Shown here one piece after another: positions 33,797 to 37,330 of a stretch of 37,330 bases of DNA (position 1 is its first letter; every line of letters starts with the position of its first letter). Origin of the DNA: Azolla caroliniana (taxonomy: Eukaryota > Plantae > Polypodiophyta); NCBI GenBank assembly GCA_043228905.1, contig JBHGNT010000302.1, positions 1 through 37,330 on the forward strand. Reading direction: 5' to 3'. A program made the translations under genes and the position numbers. Under the pieces are notes generated by a model. The model was not told the DNA's origin. It did not search any database and saw only the letters and a program-made list of their open reading frames with translations.

Positions 33797-36700
33797 AGGA
33801 GGGAGTTCAGAAGGGCCCGTGAGTAAATTAAAATGTTCATACCTTGCTCATGTGATATCGGATTTTTGTGTTCAAACATACCAATCGAAGCTAAGAACGC
33901 TAGCTATGACATGGAATTAAAGAATCAAGATTTTGAAACTCAGGTCAAAAGACATGAAAAAATTAGCAAATTTGAGCAGGGAGTTAAGAAGGGCCTGTGA
34001 GTAAAGTAAAATGTTCATACCTGGCTCGTGTGATATCGGATTTTTGTGTTCAAACATACCAATCGAAGCTAAGAACGCTAGCTATGACATGGAATTAAAG
34101 AATCAAGATTTCGAAACTCAGGTCGAGAGACATGAAGAAATTAGCAAATTTGAGGAGGGAGTTGAGAAGGGCCCGTGAGTAAATTAAAATGTTCATACCT
34201 GGCATGTGTGATATCGGATTTTTGTGTTCAAACTTACGAATCGAAGCTAAGAACGCTAGCTATCAAAAGGAATTAAAGAATCAAGATTTCGAAACTCAAG
34301 TCGAGAGACATGAAGAAATTAGCAAATTTGAGGAGGGAGTTGAGAAGGGCCCGTGAGTAAATTAAAATGTTCATACCTCGCATGTGTGATATCAGATTTT
34401 TGTGTTCAAACTTACGAATCGAAGCTAAGAACGCTAGCTATGAAATGGAATTAAAGAATCAAGATTTCGAAACTCAAGTCGAGAGACATGAAGAAATTAG
34501 CAAATTTGAGGAGGGAGTTGAGAAGGGCCCGTGAGTAAATTAAAATGTTCATACCTGGCATGTGTGATATCAGATTTTTGTGTTCAAACTTACGAATTGA
34601 AGCTAAGAACGCTAGCTATGAAATGGAATTAAAGAATCAAGATGTCGAAACTCAGGTCGAGAGACATGACGAAATTAGCAAATTTGAGGAGGGCGTTGAG
34701 AAGGGCCCGTAAGTAAATTAAAATGTTTATACCTAGCTCGTGTGATATCGAATTTTTGTGTTCAAACATACGAATCGAAGCTAAGAACGCTAGCTATGAA
34801 ATGGAATTAAATAATCAAGATTTCGAAACTCAGGTCGAGAGACATGAAGAAATTAGAAAGGTTGAGGAGGGAGTTGAGAAGGGCCCGTAAGTAAATTAAA
34901 ATGTTTATACCTAGCTCGTGTGATATCGAATTTTTGTGTTCAAACATACGAATCGAAGCTCAGAACGCTAGCTATGACCTGGAATTAAAGAATCAAGATT
35001 TCGAAACTCAGGTCGAGAGACATGAAGAAAATAGCAAATTTAAGGAGGGAGTTGAGAAGGGACCGTGAGTAAATTAAAATGTTCATACCTGGCTCGTGTG
35101 ATAACAGATTTTTGTGTTCAAACATACGAATCGAAGCTAAGAACGCTTGCTATGACATGGAATTAAAGAATCAAGATTTCGAAACTCAGGTCGAGAGACA
35201 TGAAGAAATTAGCAAATTTGAGGAGGGAGTTGAGAAGGGCCCGTGAGTAAATTAAAATGTTCATACCTGGCATGTGTGATATAGGATTTTTGTGTTCAAA
35301 CATACGAATCGAAGCTAAAAACGCTAGCTATGAAATGGAATTCAAAAATCACGATTTTGAAACTCAGGTCGAGAGACATGAAGAAATTAGCAAATTTGAG
35401 GAGGGAGTTGAGAAAGGCCCGTGAGTAAATTAAAATGTTCATACCTGGCTCGTGTGATATCGAATTTTTGTGTTCAAACATACGAATCGAAGCTAAAAAC
35501 GCTAGCTATGAAATGGAATTCAAAAATCACGATTTCGAAACTCAGGTCGAGAGACATGAAGAAATGAGCAAATTTGAGGAGGGAGTTGACAAAGGCCCGT
35601 GAGTAAATTAAAATGTTCATACCTGGCTCGTGTGATATCGAATTTTCGTGTTCAAACATACGAATCGAAGCTAATAACGCTAGCTATGAAATGGAATTAA
35701 AAAGTCAAGATTTCGAAACTCAGGTCGAGAGACATGATGAAATTAGGAGATTTGAGGAGGGAGTTCAGAAGGGCCCGTGTGTAAATTAAAATGTTCATAC
35801 CTGGCTCATGTGATATCGGATTTTTGTGTTCAAACATACGAATCGAAGCTAGCAACGCTAGCTATGATATCGAGTTAAAAAATCAAGATTTTGAAACTCC
35901 GGTCGAGAGACATGACGAAATTAGCAACCTTGATGAGGGAGTTGAGAAGAGCCCTTGAGTAAATTAAAATGTTCATACCTGGCGAGTGTGATATCGGATT
36001 TTTGTGTTCAAACATACGAATCGAAGCTAAGAACGCTAGCTATGAAGAAATCAAGAATTTGAAACTCAGGTCGAGAGATATGAAGAAATTAGCAAACTTT
36101 AGGAGGTGGTTAAGAGGAGCCCTTGAGTAAACATGCGAATCGAAGCTAACAACGCTAGCTATGATATAGAATTAAAGAATCAAGATTTCGAAACTCAGGT
36201 CGAGAGACATGAAGAAATTAGGAGATTTGAGGAGGGAGTTGAGAAGGGCCCGTGAGTAAATTAAAATGTTCATACCTGGCTCGTGTGATATCGAATTCTC
36301 GTGTTCAAACATACGAATCGAAGCTAAGAACGCTAGCTATGAAATGGAATTCAAAAATCAAGATTTCGAAACTCAGGTCGAGAGACATGAAGAAATTAGG
36401 AGATTTGAGGAGGGAGTTCAGAAGGGCCCGTGAGTAAATTAAAATGTTCATACCTGGCTCATGTGATATCGGATTTTTGTGTTCAAACATACCAATCGAA
36501 GCTAAGAACGCTAGCTATGACATGGAATTAAAGAATCAAGATTTTGAAACTCAGGTCAAAAGACATGAAAAAATTAGCAAATTTGAGCAGGGAGTTAAGA
36601 AGGGCCTGTGAGTAAAGTAAAATGTTCATACCTGGCTCGTGTGATATCGGATTTTTGTGTTCAAACATACCAATCGAAGCTAAGAACGCTAGCTATGACA

Positions 36701-37330
36701 TGGAATTAAAGAATCAAAATTTCGAAACTCAGGTCGAGAGACATGAAGAAATTAGCAAATTTGAGGAGGGAGTTGAGAAGGGCCCGTGAGTAAATTAAAA
36801 TGTTCATACCTGGCATGTGTGATATCGGATTTTTGTGTTCAAACTTACGAATCGAAGCAAAGAACGCTAGCTATCAAAAGGAATTAAAGAATCAAGATTT
36901 CGAAACTCAAGTCGAGAGACATGAAGAAATTAGCAAATTTGAGGAGGGAGTTGAGAAGGGCCCGTGAGTAAATTAAAATGTTCATACCTCGCATGTGTGA
37001 TATCAGATTTTTGTGTTCAAACTTACGAATCGAAGCTAAGAACGCTAGCTATGAAATGGAATTAAAGAATCAAGATTTCGAAACTCAAGTTGAGAGACAT
37101 GAAGAAATTAGCAAATTTGAGGAGGGAGTTGAGAAGGGCCCGTGAGTAAATTAAAATGTTCATACCTGGCATGTGTGATATCAGATTTTTGTGTTCAAAC
37201 TTACGAATCGAAGCTAAGAACGCTAGCTATGAAATGGAATTAAAGAATCAAGATGTCGAAACTCAGGTCGAGAGACAAGACGAAATTAGCAAATTTGAGG
37301 AGGGCGTTGAGAAGGGCCCGTAAGTAAATT
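33797..37330 (+). repeat. Block repeat with offset 2611 bp (15 monomers): ~33797-34719 recurs at ~36408-37330, truncated by the window end
   Basis: Rare variants TTTGAGCAGGGAGTTAAGAAGGGCCTGTGAGTAAAGT, TATCAAAAGG (34261/36872) and GATGTCGAAA (34641/37252) recur at 2611; 15x178 -49 -10 = 2611. Confidence 0.85.

Larger units (their letters stand above)
13621..37330 (+). repeat. ~178-bp tandem satellite array, right of the retrotransposon (~133 monomers, runs off the window end)
   Basis: Same monomer and orientation as the left arm; it resumes exactly in register (AATTTGAGGAGGGAG) after the LTR end at 13620. Confidence 0.97.

Noticed and set aside
1-37330. CRISPR-like regular repeat pattern
   Set aside because: Units are contiguous with no unique spacers, there are no cas genes, and the context is eukaryotic.

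Overview
Eukaryotic (plant-type) heterochromatin. About 85% of the window is a head-to-tail ~178-bp AT-rich satellite array (roughly 45 monomers at 1-8071 and 133 at 13621-37330, all in one orientation), consistent with a centromeric or pericentromeric satellite, although centromere function cannot be shown from sequence. The array is interrupted once by an intact, very young Ty1/Copia LTR retrotransposon on the minus strand (8072-13620). It has a 5-bp AATTT target-site duplication, 731/704-bp LTRs differing by one substitution and one 27-bp repeat unit, a tRNA-iMet PBS, a PPT and an uninterrupted Gag-PR-IN-RT-RH ORF resembling Tto1/Tnt1 (Tork-like). The satellite has nested higher-order structure: 3-mer (535 bp), 9-mer (1619 bp), 8-mer (1392 bp) nested in a 37-mer (6557 bp) tandem duplication, plus dispersed block copies, all traceable through diagnostic indels. 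The short satellite ORFs and the antisense ORFs over the element are judged spurious. The best candidate for something new is an apparently competent, CCGG-rich Copia element with a variable TGACG/hairpin U3 array and an acidic integrase tail sitting inside the satellite. All comparisons were done by eye.
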